Below, piece after piece: positions 63,812-64,000 of a DNA stretch of 64,000 nt. The stretch is taken from the NCBI GenBank assembly GCA_017516825.1, contig JAFXBC010000025.1, forward strand, positions 1,328 through 65,327, given 5' to 3'. The stretch is from Clostridia bacterium. Lineage in GTDB: Bacteria > Bacillota > Clostridia > Oscillospirales > CAG-382. The notes under the pieces were generated by a model. The model saw only the letters and a list, made by a program, of their open reading frames with translations. It searched no databases and was not told the origin of the DNA. Position numbers and translations under genes: made by a program. Each line of letters starts with the position of its first letter. The first letter of the stretch is position 1.

Positions 63812-64000
63812 ACTTAAAGATATACGAAAAATTCAAAGATGTCAAAGAGGCTAAGGATTACATCGACGATGTAATCCTCCTCCGACATTATTATGCAACA
63901 CAGCAGTATTCTCAAATGCAGGATCATATTCGCAAGCTAATGAATAAGTATCTTGTTGAAACTCTTGTTTGGAATACTGTGAATACATCTCAGCCAACAA
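63812..64000 (+). CDS. Hypothetical protein (3' end beyond window)
   Basis: GGAGTG RBS plus ATG 63812, 12 nt after the upstream stop codon. Open to the window end (MTDYLKIYEKFKDVKEAKDY...). Confidence 0.5.

Noticed and set aside
1-64000. Search for rRNA, tRNA, tmRNA and CRISPR arrays.
   Set aside because: I found no GGTTCGAATCC-type T-arm, no cloverleaf candidates, and no regularly spaced direct repeats of 25-40 nt. The only recurring repeats are the dispersed hairpin elements reported above.

Overview
This looks like a high-GC Clostridia-type chromosome segment. Markers are spo0A, obg-rpmA-prp-rplU, prfA, fba and ylmH, and dockerin-tagged wall hydrolases hint at an Oscillospiraceae/Ruminococcaceae-like anaerobe. 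I call about 59 protein genes and saw no rRNA, tRNA or CRISPR array. Positions 1-41.4 kb and 46.2-52.2 kb are core metabolism, translation, sporulation and envelope genes. Hand counts of single 60-nt lines there give 52-67% G+C. Positions 41.4-46.2 kb are a lower-GC insert. It encodes a ~1170-aa secreted multidomain protein ending in a CHAT/caspase-like His-Cys domain, plus a lipoprotein. From ~52.3 kb to the window end lies a markedly AT-rich accessory island (hand-counted lines 17-40% G+C) packed with nuclease, helicase and methyltransferase genes. It holds four parts. (i) An unknown 250-aa protein translationally coupled to an EEP-fold nuclease. (ii) A solo HNH-fusion protein behind a consensus promoter and a long structured leader. 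(iii) Two excisionase-type HTH genes of higher GC. (iv) A tightly packed operon of at least 7 genes behind one consensus promoter. That operon encodes HTH-DUF3990-like, a small partner, a 2-TM protein, an MTase-fold protein lacking NPPY, and a GIY-YIG/T5orf172-like + SF2 helicase + gamma-class N6A-methyltransferase + TRD polypeptide split by a 1-nt frameshift in an A6 run. The last gene is an unknown one cut by the window edge. This operon is my best candidate for a non-canonical, possibly undescribed defence system, but novelty cannot be established without database searches. Other points are a modular family of intergenic hairpin repeats, a membrane-tethered sigma factor with an SH3 ectodomain, and a prfA-coupled radical SAM/SPASM gene next to a protein with a Cys-Ala repeat tail.
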